From Candidatus Paracaedimonas acanthamoebae (lineage in GTDB: Bacteria; Pseudomonadota; Alphaproteobacteria; Caedimonadales; Caedimonadaceae), in assembly GCA_000743035.1 (NCBI GenBank), contig CP008936.1:120001-152000 (forward strand): DNA of 32,000 nucleotides, given 5' to 3'. A program made the translations under genes and the position numbers. The notes beneath the pieces are model-generated. The model was not told the origin of the DNA, did not search any database, and worked only from the letters and a program-made list of their open reading frames with translations. Below are positions 17,682 through 27,317 of this stretch, in pieces (position 1 is the first letter of the stretch; each line of letters opens with the position of its first letter).

Positions 17682-19162
17682 GTCTTTGTCCGTAATTTAA
17701 GAGCTTTTTCTTTAAATTGTGCTGCTTGTTCTAAAGCATACCCCACATTTAAAATGCGACTTTCTTCAAAAGCAGGACCTAAGATTTGTAATCCTAAAGG
17801 AAGACCTGCTTCTGTAAATGATGTAGGAACAGAAAGGCCTGGAATACCTGCCAGATTTGCAGGAACAGTTAAAACGTCATTCATGTACATTGTCACTGGA
17901 TCTTTAGGCTCTTCTCCGATAGCGAAAGCTGCGGTTGGGGTTGTAGGTGTTAAAATAACATCTACTTTCTTAAAAGCCTCCTCAAAATCTTGTTGAATAA
18001 GGCGCCTGATTTTTTGAGCTTTAAGATAATAAGCATCATAGTAACCAGCTGATAGGACATACGTACCAATCATAATACGACGCTTGACTTCTTTTCCAAA
18101 CCCTTCGGCACGCGTGAGTTCATATAGCTCGTCTAAGGTCTGGCCAGGGACTCTTAAACCAAAACGAACACCATCATAACGGGCTAGGTTGGAGGAAGCC
18201 TCGGCAGGAGCAAGAATGTAATAGGTTGGGAGGGCGTATTTAGTATGAGGCAGCGAGATTTCCTGGATTTCAGCACCGGCACTTTTAAGCCACTCTATTC
18301 CTTGAGTCCATAAAGCATCAATTTCTGGGTTGAGCCCCTCAACTCGATATTCTTTCGGAATACCAATTTTAAGCTTATTAACATTTCCAGTGAGCATCTT
18401 CTCATAATCGGGGACTGGAAGGTTAGAAGAAGTTGCATCTTTGGGGTCGTGACTCGCCATAATTTTGAGCATTAAGGCAGCATCACGAACATTTTTTGTA
18501 AGGGGACCTGCTTGATCTAAGGAAGATGCGAAAGCCACAATCCCATAGCGTGAGCATCGACCATAAGTTGGCTTTAGGCCAACAATACCAGCAAAAGCTG
18601 CAGGTTGCCGAATCGAACCCCCAGTATCTGTTCCTGTTGTGGCGAGAGCAGAACCAGCCGCAACAGCAGCTACAGATCCTCCAGAAGATCCCCCAGGAAC
18701 AAATTGACGATTATTATCTTTAATTTTCCAGGGACTTATAACAGGACCATAAGCACTTGTGAGATTAGATGAACCCATGGCAAACTCATCAAGATTTAAT
18801 TTTCCCAATAATACAGCTCCTGCGTCCCATAAATTTTGGGTTACAGTTGATTCATACTGAGGTTTATAGTCATCAAGAATTTTTGAAGCTGCTGTTGTGC
18901 GGATGTCTTTGGTACAAAAAAGATCTTTAATCCCAATAGGTAAGCCTTCGAGAGGACGAAGGTCTTCTTTTTTTGCAAACTTTTCATCAGAAGCTTGCGC
19001 CATTTTAAGAGCAATATCAGGCGTTTCAGTAATATAAGCGTTGAGTGCCCTTGTTTCCTCCATTTTGTCTAAATGAGCTTGGGTTAGTTCTTGGGCTGAA
19101 AACTGCTTATTAACAAGGCCCTCTCTTGCTTCACATAAGGTAAGTTCGGTTAATTTTGTCAT
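17678..19162 (-). CDS. gatA: Asp-tRNA(Asn)/Glu-tRNA(Gln) amidotransferase subunit A
   Basis: Amidase signature [14 protein letters not shown]...[14 protein letters not shown]. Confidence 0.97.
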   Translation of the reverse strand: MTKLTELTLCEAREGLVNKQFSAQELTQAHLDKMEETRALNAYITETPDIALKMAQASDEKFAKKEDLRPLEGLPIGIKDLFCTKDIRTTAASKILDDYKPQYESTVTQNLWDAGAVLLGKLNLDEFAMGSSNLTSAYGPVISPWKIKDNNRQFVPGGSSGGSVAAVAAGSALATTGTDTGGSIRQPAAFAGIVGLKPTYGRCSRYGIVAFASSLDQAGPLTKNVRDAALMLKIMASHDPKDATSSNLPVPDYEKMLTGNVNKLKIGIPKEYRVEGLNPEIDALWTQGIEWLKSAGAEIQEISLPHTKYALPTYYILAPAEASSNLARYDGVRFGLRVPGQTLDELYELTRAEGFGKEVKRRIMIGTYVLSAGYYDAYYLKAQKIRRLIQQDFEEAFKKVDVILTPTTPTAAFAIGEEPKDPVTMYMNDVLTVPANLAGIPGLSVPTSFTEAGLPLGLQILGPAFEESRILNVGYALEQAAQFKEKALKLRTKT

Positions 19163-19165
19163 GGG

Positions 19166-19453
19166 TTACTCTACAACTTTGGGCACAACAAACATGCCAA
19201 ATTCTGCTTCTGGTGCATTGGCGAGGATGGCGCTAGGATAATTTCCATCGTTTATTTGATCCTCGCGTCTGGGCATGTTCTCAAGCGAAATATTATAAAG
19301 AGGTTGAATGTTGTCTGTATTAACCTCTGATAGCTGTTCAATCCATCCTAAAATACGATTAAGATCTTCCTTAAGAGATTTAACATCTGCTTCTGGGACC
19401 TTAATTCTCGCGAGCCTGGAAATTTTATGAACTGTTCTTATATCAATCGTCAT
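19166..19453 (-). CDS. gatC: Asp-tRNA(Asn)/Glu-tRNA(Gln) amidotransferase subunit C
   Basis: 95-aa protein with VHKISRLARIKV...EDLNRILGWIEQLSEVNTDN, located 3 nt upstream of gatA. Confidence 0.93.
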   Translation of the reverse strand: MTIDIRTVHKISRLARIKVPEADVKSLKEDLNRILGWIEQLSEVNTDNIQPLYNISLENMPRREDQINDGNYPSAILANAPEAEFGMFVVPKVVE

Positions 19454-19569
19454 ATTGCCTCTTTTAACCCGATGCTTTTATGGGATTCATTCATTGAGTT
19501 ACTGTTCCATACCATTTTTTTTAGCCTCTTTGAAGTTCTTTATCCCTTCATGTTTATCCCCCCCTTCTA

Positions 19570-19763
19570 TTCTTGCCTTTTCACCAGGAAAAGAGAAAAT
19601 ATTCACTCAAAAAGAGCGTTTAAAGGGTTGTTTTTAATAACTTAGGTTTTGTTATTCCCTATTTTATTATTCTTTTTTCTTAGAAGGTTTCAGAGAAGGA
19701 AGGGAAAGAATTACTGGGGTATCGGAATATCCAATAAGAGAAGACTCCCTCTCTGACCATCTA
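19570..19763 (-). repeat. dispersed ~194-nt intergenic repeat, copy B (inverted relative to copy A)
   Basis: Its reverse complement aligns with 2297-2490. It lies 117-310 nt upstream of gatC, in the same orientation as the gatCAB-atp gene string. Confidence 0.6.
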
Positions 19764-20017
19764 TAATTAAGCTAACATATCATGCTACAAATTTCAAGGA
19801 AAATCGTCACAAGAATCAAAGAAATAATTACCCAATATCAAGTGCTTATAAAATAATTTTCGGGCTATTTTGCCTCTTTTTTATTACGGCAAAAATAAAA
19901 CGCTCTTATTCTTTTTCTCTTACCACTTGAAAGAATTTATGTGCCGGGATTTCAGCGCATGTCATGGTTGCGTTTAATAGCTTTGGAGGGATAATTCTTT
20001 TAAGCTATTTTTAAATC

Positions 20018-20770
20018 CTATTGGGCGGTAAGCCCTTCATGAATGGCAACAATTCCTTGCGTAAGATTTTGATATGAGACTGAGGCGAAGCCCGCTTCTT
20101 TTATCATTGTGACGAGCTCTTCTTGAGATGGAAAACGCACAATACTTTCAACTAAATATTGGTAAGCAGCTTTATCTTTTGCAATAAGGGCGCCTATCTT
20201 TGGAATAACGTTAAAAGAATAGAGAGAGTATGCTTTCTCGAATAAAGGATGGTTAACTTTAGAAAATTCAAGACAATAAAAGCGTCCTCCTGGCTTTAAA
20301 ACGCGGAAAGCTTCTTTCAAAGCGGATTCTTTGTTGGTGACATTGCGTAAGCCAAAAGCAATGGTATAGACATCAAAAGAAGCATTTGGGAAAGGGAGGC
20401 TTTCAGCTGTTCCACAAACCCATTGCAATCCTTTGATAACGCCTTGATCAATAGTTCGAGCTCGTCCTTGTTCAAGCATTGCAGGATTAATATCGCAGAT
20501 TGTAATATCTGTTTCAGGCGCTGACTTATTAAGAAGCCGCAGCGCAATATCTCCTGTTCCTCCTGCGACATCTACAAATTTTTCTTCTTTTTTAGGGGCA
20601 ATTTTTTGAATAAATTGATCTTTCCACCATCTGTGAATGCCAAAACTCATCACATCATTCATAAGGTCATAATTACTTGCAACACGACGGAAAATGTCGG
20701 TGACGAGGTTTGTTTTTTCTGATGAATCAACATCTTGAAAACCAAAATCAGTAGTGCTACGGTTTGTCAT
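20018..20770 (-). CDS. ubiE: ubiquinone/menaquinone biosynthesis C-methyltransferase UbiE
   Basis: FGFQDV...VASNYDLMNDVMSFGIHRWWK and the SAM motif VDVAGGTGDIA. Confidence 0.95.
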   Translation of the reverse strand: MTNRSTTDFGFQDVDSSEKTNLVTDIFRRVASNYDLMNDVMSFGIHRWWKDQFIQKIAPKKEEKFVDVAGGTGDIALRLLNKSAPETDITICDINPAMLEQGRARTIDQGVIKGLQWVCGTAESLPFPNASFDVYTIAFGLRNVTNKESALKEAFRVLKPGGRFYCLEFSKVNHPLFEKAYSLYSFNVIPKIGALIAKDKAAYQYLVESIVRFPSQEELVTMIKEAGFASVSYQNLTQGIVAIHEGLTAQ

Positions 20771-20842
20771 CTGTGAGTTTTCTTATCTTTTGTGAGATAT
20801 GCTAAACCATAAAGGAATCTTAATTTAATTTCTAGTACTCTT

Positions 20843-21676
20843 ATGCCTGAATTGCCGGAAGTTGAATCTGTCAAAGTAAACCTTGAAAAACGTATACTTG
20901 ATCAGACCATAGAAAAAGTTGAAGTCCATCATCGAGGATTACGTTGGCCCATTCCTCATAATTTTGAAACATTGCTTGAAGGAAAAAAAGTTAAAATGCT
21001 TGCGCGGCGCGCTAAGTATCTACTCTTACATTTTGAGCAAGCTGATTTTATCTTATTATGGCATTTAGGGATGTCTGGAAGAGTGCAGATTGTTACACCA
21101 AAAGAGTTAACTCCTCGCCAAGCACACGATCATGTTGAGATTACCTTTTATTCTGGTTTAAAGCTGCGTTTCCGAGATCCGCGTCGGTTTGGGGCGATGT
21201 TGCTTGTTCCATTGAAAGAATTATCGTGTTTTTCTTTGTTAAGCTCTTTAGGGGTTGAGCCGTTAGATAATAATTTTTCAGGTTCATTTCTTTTGGAGCT
21301 ATTTAAAAACCGATCGCTCACACTTAAAGCGGCGCTTTTAAATCAAAAAATAATTTCAGGCCTTGGAAATATTTATGTTTGTGAAGCGCTTCATTGTGCA
21401 AAATTATCCCCTCTTCGATTAGTTAAAACAATCAATCATCTCGAAGCTGATATTCTCGTCAAGGCAATTCAAGATGTTTTAAGAAGAGCAATTATTGCAG
21501 GGGGGTCAACGTTAAGAGATCACCGGCAACCCGATGGTAAAAAAGGTACTTTTCAATATACTTTTAAGGTATATGGTCGTGAAGGAGAGCAGTGCTTACA
21601 GTGTCATCATGTAGAGATTAAAAGAATTCTTCAATCTAACCGTTCAACATTTTACTGTGCAAGGTGCCAAAAATGA
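20843..21676 (+). CDS. mutM: formamidopyrimidine-DNA glycosylase
   Basis: N-terminal MPELPEVE, an H2TH region and the C-terminal zinc finger CLQC...YCARCQ. Confidence 0.95.
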   Translation: MPELPEVESVKVNLEKRILDQTIEKVEVHHRGLRWPIPHNFETLLEGKKVKMLARRAKYLLLHFEQADFILLWHLGMSGRVQIVTPKELTPRQAHDHVEITFYSGLKLRFRDPRRFGAMLLVPLKELSCFSLLSSLGVEPLDNNFSGSFLLELFKNRSLTLKAALLNQKIISGLGNIYVCEALHCAKLSPLRLVKTINHLEADILVKAIQDVLRRAIIAGGSTLRDHRQPDGKKGTFQYTFKVYGREGEQCLQCHHVEIKRILQSNRSTFYCARCQK

Positions 21677-22053
21677 GATTAATTTTATGTTTTGTCTGTT
21701 ATAGCCTTATTATATCCTTTTCATATGCAATGAATAAACCAAAACTAGGGCAAGGAAGCGCTAAGACTATTTTTGCGCTAGAGAGTATACCGCTTATGCA
21801 AGGCCTTAAGCTTACAGGCGAAATTGAAGATGTTGGTCAAGGAGGCGACATTTACCGGATTGAAACGGAAGCTTCGGGGAATCTTTTTGTGGAAGATATA
21901 GAAGAATTTTATCAAGATGCATTGCAAGCGTATGGATGGGAACGAATAGGGCGTTTTGCCTATGCTTTAAATGATAAATATTTAGAAATTATTCCTCAAA
22001 ATAAAGGAGGGATGTTAACAGTAATTTTTCAGCTTAAATCAAAAGTTATTTGA
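21673..22053 (+). CDS. hypothetical small exported protein
   Basis: The ATG overlaps the mutM stop (ATGA at 21673-21676). The signal-like N-terminus is MRLILCFVCYSLIISFSYA. I recognise no family. Confidence 0.6.
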   Translation: MRLILCFVCYSLIISFSYAMNKPKLGQGSAKTIFALESIPLMQGLKLTGEIEDVGQGGDIYRIETEASGNLFVEDIEEFYQDALQAYGWERIGRFAYALNDKYLEIIPQNKGGMLTVIFQLKSKVI

Positions 22054-22057
22054 GAAC

Positions 22058-22094
22058 CCCCTCTTTTTTAGGGAAAGAATTGAAAAAAGAGGGG
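22058..22094. terminator. bidirectional rho-independent terminator between convergent genes
   Basis: CCCCTCTTTTTT-N13-AAAAAAGAGGGG is a perfect 12-bp stem with U-tracts on both strands. Confidence 0.75.
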
Positions 22095-22104
22095 TGTAAG
22101 AAAA

Positions 22105-22566
22105 TTATGCCTCGCTTTTCTCTAATACTGTGTTTTCAAGCCATTTTTTATGTCTTTTTTCATCCTCTAATCCTCTTCTAATAATATCCTTAGCCTCAGA
22201 CCACATGTCTTCTCGTAAAGAAATACGTTCATAAGCAGTATTTGTATCAATCTCGTTGCTAATCATGGCTCGTAAAATGACGTTATCGCCAATTAAGTTT
22301 GCTAGCACTACTTTTCCCTTTGTAAGCCACTGTTTACCTGTGCTTGGGCCAGAAGGAGGATCAATGTTTCTTTTCTTTAAAACGTTTGTGAGCTCTTGAA
22401 TATGCCATTCATGATCGGCTTTAAAAATATTTAATTTTTCTTTAAATTCTTGGTTTTCAAGTCGATTTATGGCAGCATCATAAGCTTCTACGGCATCATA
22501 ATCTAATTCAATGAGATCCTTTAGAGCATCTTCAAAATTTGCTTGCATACCAACTAAAGTTACCAT
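22105..22566 (-). CDS. ferritin-like four-helix-bundle protein, DUF2383/TIGR02284-like (stress-associated)
   Basis: LKDLIELDYDAVEAYDAAINRLEN...FKADHEWHIQELTNVL...PSGPS...AYERI...EDEKRHKKWLE follows the DUF2383 pattern as I recall it. GGGGGA SD upstream. Confidence 0.75.
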   Translation of the reverse strand: MVTLVGMQANFEDALKDLIELDYDAVEAYDAAINRLENQEFKEKLNIFKADHEWHIQELTNVLKKRNIDPPSGPSTGKQWLTKGKVVLANLIGDNVILRAMISNEIDTNTAYERISLREDMWSEAKDIIRRGLEDEKRHKKWLENTVLEKSEA

Positions 22567-22712
22567 TATTTCCCCCTTTATCTTTGGATGGTGAAAACTT
22601 ATTTTTGTCCGTCGTATTTCTCGTATCTTTAAGAGTGAAGGGTAAACATTAAAAGATTGGTTATTGTGTCTACCCTTTTTTAAGAAATCGAAGGTTTACC
22701 AAGACATTTTAA

Positions 22713-23036
22713 TTATTTAGCTTCCCTTGATTTATTTCTACGAGCATTGCCACCTTCACGACCCATGCGTGCATAACCTTCTGGGCCTAACTGCTTTTTT
22801 CGAGCTTCTCCGCCCATATGACCTAGCTCAACATAACCTTCATGACCAAGCTGGCGTTTTCTCTCTTCGCCGCCTTTTTGTCCTCGCTCGGACATACCTT
22901 CATGGCCAGCTTTTTCGGCGCTTGCTAATCCACCTTGACGCGCAATTTTTTGCACTTTTTCATGAGGCATTGAAGCAAAACCACGTTTGGAAGTGTTGAA
23001 GCTTTGGGTTTGTTTGTTGCGATTATTTTGTGCCAT
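22713..23036 (-). CDS. KGG-repeat general stress-induced protein
   Basis: Repeated QKGGEERKRQLGHEGY / HMGGEARKKQLGPEGY / REGGNARRNK modules. ATG 23036 is preceded by AAGGAGAG. The track start at 23066 is a TTG. Confidence 0.85.
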   Translation of the reverse strand: MAQNNRNKQTQSFNTSKRGFASMPHEKVQKIARQGGLASAEKAGHEGMSERGQKGGEERKRQLGHEGYVELGHMGGEARKKQLGPEGYARMGREGGNARRNKSREAK

Positions 23037-23571
23037 TTTTCTCTCCTTTGATATTTGGGTGACCAAAGAAAGGGATAGTCAGTAACAGCTTTCGTGGAAG
23101 TAAAGGTCGCTATTCAGAGACCTTAGAAGTATTGTGTTCCTGAATCCCCTTTCTTGCAAGGAATAGAGTTGCAAAAGCTAACAATATGTTCCTTTTGTGT
23201 GCGCCCAAGTCACTGATATTGGTAAGGCTCTCTTTGATTTCTTAACTGCTTGCTTAGTTATATTGCGAAAATAGGAATAATTTCTTCTATAAATGCGAAT
23301 ATAATAAGTACAAGTTTTTCCAATCCATTATTCGTGTCGCACACTAACGCATTTTAAGACGCGTTAATAAAATTTTATAATCCTCAAACCTGAGAGGCTA
23401 GTTGAAATAGAGTTTATTTTGCGCCTACGGAGTTGCTATAAGTATTGAAGTGGATAGTTCTTATTGTAACTACTTTGAATAGGGAAGAGGTTTGTTTGGA
23501 GTGTAGCTTTGTATGACTCTGAAGCTCCCTGGTTCAATTGAGTCCCTCTTTTAAAATAATTTAATGGATGC

Positions 23572-24588
23572 TTAAGCTTTTTTATAGGTTTTTTTTACAA
23601 AAGGAGATCGTTCTATTTTTGAAATAGAATTATTTGTATTCTTATTGATCTTTTGAGCCTCTTTTGGAAGGGCTGCTTGAGAAGCATCTTTTTTTAAAAA
23701 TTTAATTAGATGAAATTTTTTAAATAATAATTGAAATCTTGTAATAAAAACACCCATTAAAATGACAGCCCCCGCAGTTATTTGAGAAAATGTAAGTGTT
23801 TCATCGAGAAGCAAGGCTGACAGTAAACAAGTGAAGACGGGTAAAAGTAACATAAAAGGAGTTTGCTTAAGAGATGTGACCCGTTGTGCCAGGCTTAACC
23901 AAAGATAGCCTGCCCAAACTGTTGAGACAAGACCAACATATATAGAGCATAGAACACCAATATAAGAAAGATGAGTGAAATTATAGATGGCTTCTTGGGG
24001 GCCCTCGATAATAAATGGGATTGTCATCAACGAAGGAATAGAAATGATCGAAAGCCAGACATTGTCAGCCATTCCGGCTCCGATTTTAAATTTTTTAAGA
24101 AGTGTAAATCCAATCCCCCAGCAGACTGCTGAAATTAGGATAGATGCAATTCCTAAGAAAGGCATATCTGAGGTATTGCCATATCTTGCTTGAGTGAGGA
24201 GATAGGCGCCAAAGAAAGCAATAGTCATCCCAGCAACCTCAATAGGTGTTACTTTCTCACGAAGGATGAAAGAGCAAAAGAGTACTCCAAACAATATGTT
24301 TGTCTGTATTAAGAAAGATGATAATCCTGCTCCTACTCCAGCTTTAAGACCAAATCCAAGAAATAACCAGTTGAGAGCATTCCAAAAAAGACCAGCTAAA
24401 AAATATCTAGAAATAGGATGAATAGGCTTGGAGTAGAGTAAAAGTAAAGGAACGACAGAAACAAGACGTAAGAAGCTTAAAATATAAATTGAAATATGGC
24501 CTAAGGCAATTTTTTGTACAATTAAACTTGTCGCCCATAAAAAGGTAACAAAAATTGCAATAAATGTGTCTTTAAGACTCATACTCAT
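23572..24588 (-). CDS. EamA/DMT-family transporter with a Lys-rich C-terminal tail
   Basis: About ten TM segments in two EamA-like halves. The start is ambiguous: GTG 24615, ATG 24588 or ATG 24582. Confidence 0.85.
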   Translation of the reverse strand: MSMSLKDTFIAIFVTFLWATSLIVQKIALGHISIYILSFLRLVSVVPLLLLYSKPIHPISRYFLAGLFWNALNWLFLGFGLKAGVGAGLSSFLIQTNILFGVLFCSFILREKVTPIEVAGMTIAFFGAYLLTQARYGNTSDMPFLGIASILISAVCWGIGFTLLKKFKIGAGMADNVWLSIISIPSLMTIPFIIEGPQEAIYNFTHLSYIGVLCSIYVGLVSTVWAGYLWLSLAQRVTSLKQTPFMLLLPVFTCLLSALLLDETLTFSQITAGAVILMGVFITRFQLLFKKFHLIKFLKKDASQAALPKEAQKINKNTNNSISKIERSPFVKKTYKKA

Positions 24589-24905
24589 ACCTTCCCTGAA
24601 AGCTTTGTATTCCACGCATTTTTAGGACGCTTAGGATACATACAGCTTGCTTTTAACCCCCCCAACAGCTCAGTTTAATATACACAAATTTAGGTAAAGT
24701 TAAATTTAATAATGAATGACGTAACTAGTGTAGTGAGTAAAATTTTTAAAATTTTACTTAAGTTATTGAAATGCTTATAATAGTAAAAAATTAATTAAAA
24801 ATGTTGCAATATTAAATCATCATGCTAGTATTGCTCCGTGTACTGGTGATTCACTTGGTGCATAACTTCAAATCTTAAATTTGATTTAATGTTTAGGAGG
24901 AAAAC

Positions 24906-24974
24906 ATGCTGAAAAAAATCGATCACTCAAAAGTATTAACTGTCAAAAATTATCTTGTGACAACAAATATCTAA
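24906..24974 (+). CDS. 22-aa mini-ORF in a self-contained SD-ORF-terminator unit
   Basis: The SD TAGGAGG lies 5 nt before the ATG. The product is MLKKIDHSKVLTVKNYLVTTNI. A strong terminator follows 21 nt downstream. Confidence 0.35.
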   Translation: MLKKIDHSKVLTVKNYLVTTNI

Positions 24975-24995
24975 TTAAAAGAAGTTTACTTTTGT

Positions 24996-25027
24996 AAAAG
25001 CCCGCCGTGTTAACGCGGGCTTTTTTT
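24996..25027 (+). terminator. rho-independent terminator
   Basis: AAAAGCCCGC-loop-GCGGGCTTTT followed by a T7 run. Confidence 0.8.
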
Positions 25028-25164
25028 ATAACTCTAGTGTTATTTCTTGATTTCAATCTAACATTTTTATAGTCCTCTGAGGATAAATAGTTATTAATTT
25101 AGAGGCTGGCACCTGAATTTCAAGAAATTAGGATGTCACGATATATATAAAAAATTGTAATTTT

Positions 25165-25652
25165 TTGAGAAAAGGACAAGCTCGTCTGATAGAATGTTTT
25201 GTTGCAGGAACTCCAGCCAAAACAGCAGCAAATCTAGTGATGGTACACCGTACTCTGCTATAAAGTTTTTCACGAAAATGAAAGAAGATAGCTCTCAAAC
25301 AGCAGGACCGAAGTAAGAAGTTTTGTGAAAACATTGAGCTGGATGAGAGTTATTTTGGAGGAAATCGTAAAGGAAAGCGTGGTCGCAGTGCTGCTGAGAA
25401 AGCTCCTGTTTTTGGTATCTTGAAACACGGAGACCAAGCCTATACACAAGCCAGCACTCTAAAACGCTAATGCTTATTATTCGAGAGAAAAATCAACCCT
25501 AATAGCATCGTTTATACGGATAAAAATTTGCTCGCATAAAAAAGTTAGTGATTCTAAATGGATTTGGGAAGAAATAAGATTTCATTATGGACTCTCAAGA
25601 CATTCCCTTACATCGGTAAGCAGCATATGTGGGTTTTCGATGTAATAACCGC
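25165..25652 (+). pseudogene. decayed IS1595-family (ISXO2-like DDE) transposase remnant
   Basis: Colinear pieces spread over several frames with multiple stops: KGQARLIECFVAGTPAKTAANLV, SAIKFFTKMKE, ELDESYFGGNRKGKRGRSAAEKAPVFGILKHGDQAYTQ, KTLMLIIREK, PNSIVYTD, GFRCNNR. Confidence 0.7.
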
Positions 25653-26320
25653 ATATTTTTTAAGACAGGAAGCTATGGGTATTTTTCATCAATTAACCTT
25701 AAGACAGAGACTGACGTACTGCGTTCATTTGTTCAAAGCTCTCACGAAGCAACACCATCAACTCTTTATACCTCGTTTGGAAAAGTTTATACCTTTGAAC
25801 CTGGAAATTATGCTTATTCAATCCTCTCTAAGACTAAAAATTTTAAAAGACTCAACAACGTAGAGATGTTTAAAATCGGCTTAAGTTCCAAAGATGGTAT
25901 GATTAGTTTTCATATTCCTTTAAAGAAATCTGGAAGTATTGGATATGGTACAAGTCATGTATGTTTAGAAGGTCATCAAACGATAAAGGGAGCCTATATA
26001 AAAGAGGAAATCCAATTTAGACAATATCAAAGGAATTAAAAAATATCTCTTTTATTAAAATAGACGTTGAAGGTCATGAGTTAGACCTTTTAAAAGGAGC
26101 TAAAAAAGTTATCGAAAAAGATCATCCTGCCATCATGGTGGAAATAAGTAGCGAGAACTTGCTGCGCTCAAATACTTCAAAACATCAAATTTTTGATTAT
26201 CTAGAAGATCAGGGTTATATATCTGCCAAAATCGTTGATGCAGGCGGCTTATTAGTCCATGAGCATCACAGAGATGACGCTGATTTTCTTTTCTATAAAG
26301 AAGAGAAGCTATCTGCTTAA
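25653..26320 (+). pseudogene. FkbM-family methyltransferase pseudogene (at least two frameshifts)
   Basis: GKVYTFEPGNYAYSIL...NVEMFKIGLSSKDGMISFHI in one frame, NLDNIKGIK in a second, and IKIDVEGHELDLLKGAKKVIEKDHPAIMVEIS... in a third. Confidence 0.7.
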
Positions 26321-26355
26321 ACACACAACTTCTAATTCTTCTTAGAGGTTATACT

Positions 26356-26610
26356 TTATATCAGTATGTATTGAACTTGGGACAAATTAAGGTGTTTTAT
26401 AGCAGTACCTCCAAAAGTGCTCGTTTTATTTAGGCCACTTTCCAGAAGTGCTGTTTTTAAGCCTTTTTTAAAGGTATATATCATTGCTTTTATATCAATT
26501 TCATTAATTATGCTTGCCTGTAAAAGTGATATGAATTCAAGCAATGAGCGAGATTCTTGTAAATTCATGAATAATTTATTGACTAAATCTCTTTTTGAGC
26601 ATTTTTTCAT
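26356..26610 (-). CDS. 84-aa hypothetical ORF, doubtful
   Basis: An open frame only, with no SD upstream and no recognisable motif, in a decayed region. Confidence 0.2.
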   Translation of the reverse strand: MKKCSKRDLVNKLFMNLQESRSLLEFISLLQASIINEIDIKAMIYTFKKGLKTALLESGLNKTSTFGGTAIKHLNLSQVQYILI

Positions 26611-26832
26611 AAATGATATTTAAGCTAATGACGTTGTAAGCCATAATCATCCTGCAGCAAGGCTTGTTGCATGTACGTTAACTTGAGTGTTGATTATTTT
26701 TTTCCTTTTAAAATACTCTATGAAAAAAATCGTTGATACCTGACTTTTAAGAATTATCGCTATCTTACTTGCAATAATGTATGTATAAAACGTTTACCCT
26801 TTAGTGTATGTCTTTTATTAAAGGAATTGACG

Positions 26833-27288
26833 ATGATTTTATACCCCTTTCTAATCATATTTTACTTACTTATTAATCCAACGTCAGCTAATGAAACTTC
26901 TTCACTGACATTTATTCATGTTGATGGGGCATGGGTTCGTGCCACCAAAGTAGCCAATAGTGCTGCTTACATGAAGATTGTGAACAATGGATCCAAATCC
27001 GATCGTCTTATTAGCGTACAAACAGAGGTGTGCAATACAGTGGAATTACATACCCACTTGAAAGAAGGCGATGTTTATAAAATGAGGCCGATTGATTTTA
27101 TTGATATTCCTGCCGGGCAAACAGTTGATCTTAAAGAAGGGGGGCTTCATATCATGCTATTAAATATTTTTAAGCCACTCAAAGAAAAAGAGAAAATTAA
27201 ACTTACTTTAACCTTTGAAAAAACTGGTCAAGTCTCGATAATTGCAGAAGTTCGTAAAAATAGGCATGAATGTAATTGTAAAGGGTAG
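26833..27288 (+). CDS. periplasmic copper chaperone PCu(A)C (DUF461)
   Basis: Signal peptide plus an exact H-x10-M-x21-H-x-M copper motif (HTHLKEGDVYKM...GGLHIM). ATG 26833 lies 7 nt after AGGA. The C-terminal tail is RHECNCKG. Confidence 0.9.
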   Translation: MILYPFLIIFYLLINPTSANETSSLTFIHVDGAWVRATKVANSAAYMKIVNNGSKSDRLISVQTEVCNTVELHTHLKEGDVYKMRPIDFIDIPAGQTVDLKEGGLHIMLLNIFKPLKEKEKIKLTLTFEKTGQVSIIAEVRKNRHECNCKG

Positions 27289-27317
27289 TATTCTTTAAAA
27301 TGGAAGCACACTTTTAG

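Noticed and set aside
15697-18723. Internal ORFs in atpB, gatB and gatA (15697-15879-, 16911-17108+, 17145-17360+, 17303-17677-, 17431-17658+, 17610-17996+, 18526-18723+)
   Set aside because: All lie within well-supported conserved CDSs in other frames or on the other strand.
19427-19645. ORFs 19427-19645 (+) and 19455-19637 (+) upstream of gatC
   Set aside because: They lie in the intergenic repeat region, have no SD and give low-complexity translations. The FTQKERLK string simply mirrors the repeat core that is also present at 2438-2460.
20317-20571. ORF 20317-20571 (-)
   Set aside because: Off-frame ORF inside ubiE.
22567-23210. EcfG-type general-stress promoters (GGAAC-N16/17-CGTT) upstream of the DUF2383 and KGG genes, and ORF 22727-22999 (+)
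   Set aside because: GGAAC occurs on the minus strand at 23140 and 23192, but the -10 positions read CTCT and CAAC, not CGTT. The + ORF is antisense to the KGG gene.
23500-23560. tRNA-like T-loop string GGTTCAATTGAG
   Set aside because: The flanking bases do not form a T-stem, acceptor stem or anticodon arm on either strand. No tRNA is called anywhere in the window.
23987-24193. ORF 23987-24193 (+)
   Set aside because: It is antisense to the EamA transporter CDS.
25128-25334. ORF 25128-25334 (-)
   Set aside because: It is antisense to the IS1595 remnant and has no SD.
25558-26623. ORFs 25558-25863+, 25629-26039+, 26133-26324-, 26135-26320+ and 26417-26623+ as intact genes
   Set aside because: The + ORFs are frame fragments of the IS1595 and FkbM pseudogenes. 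The others are antisense shadows.
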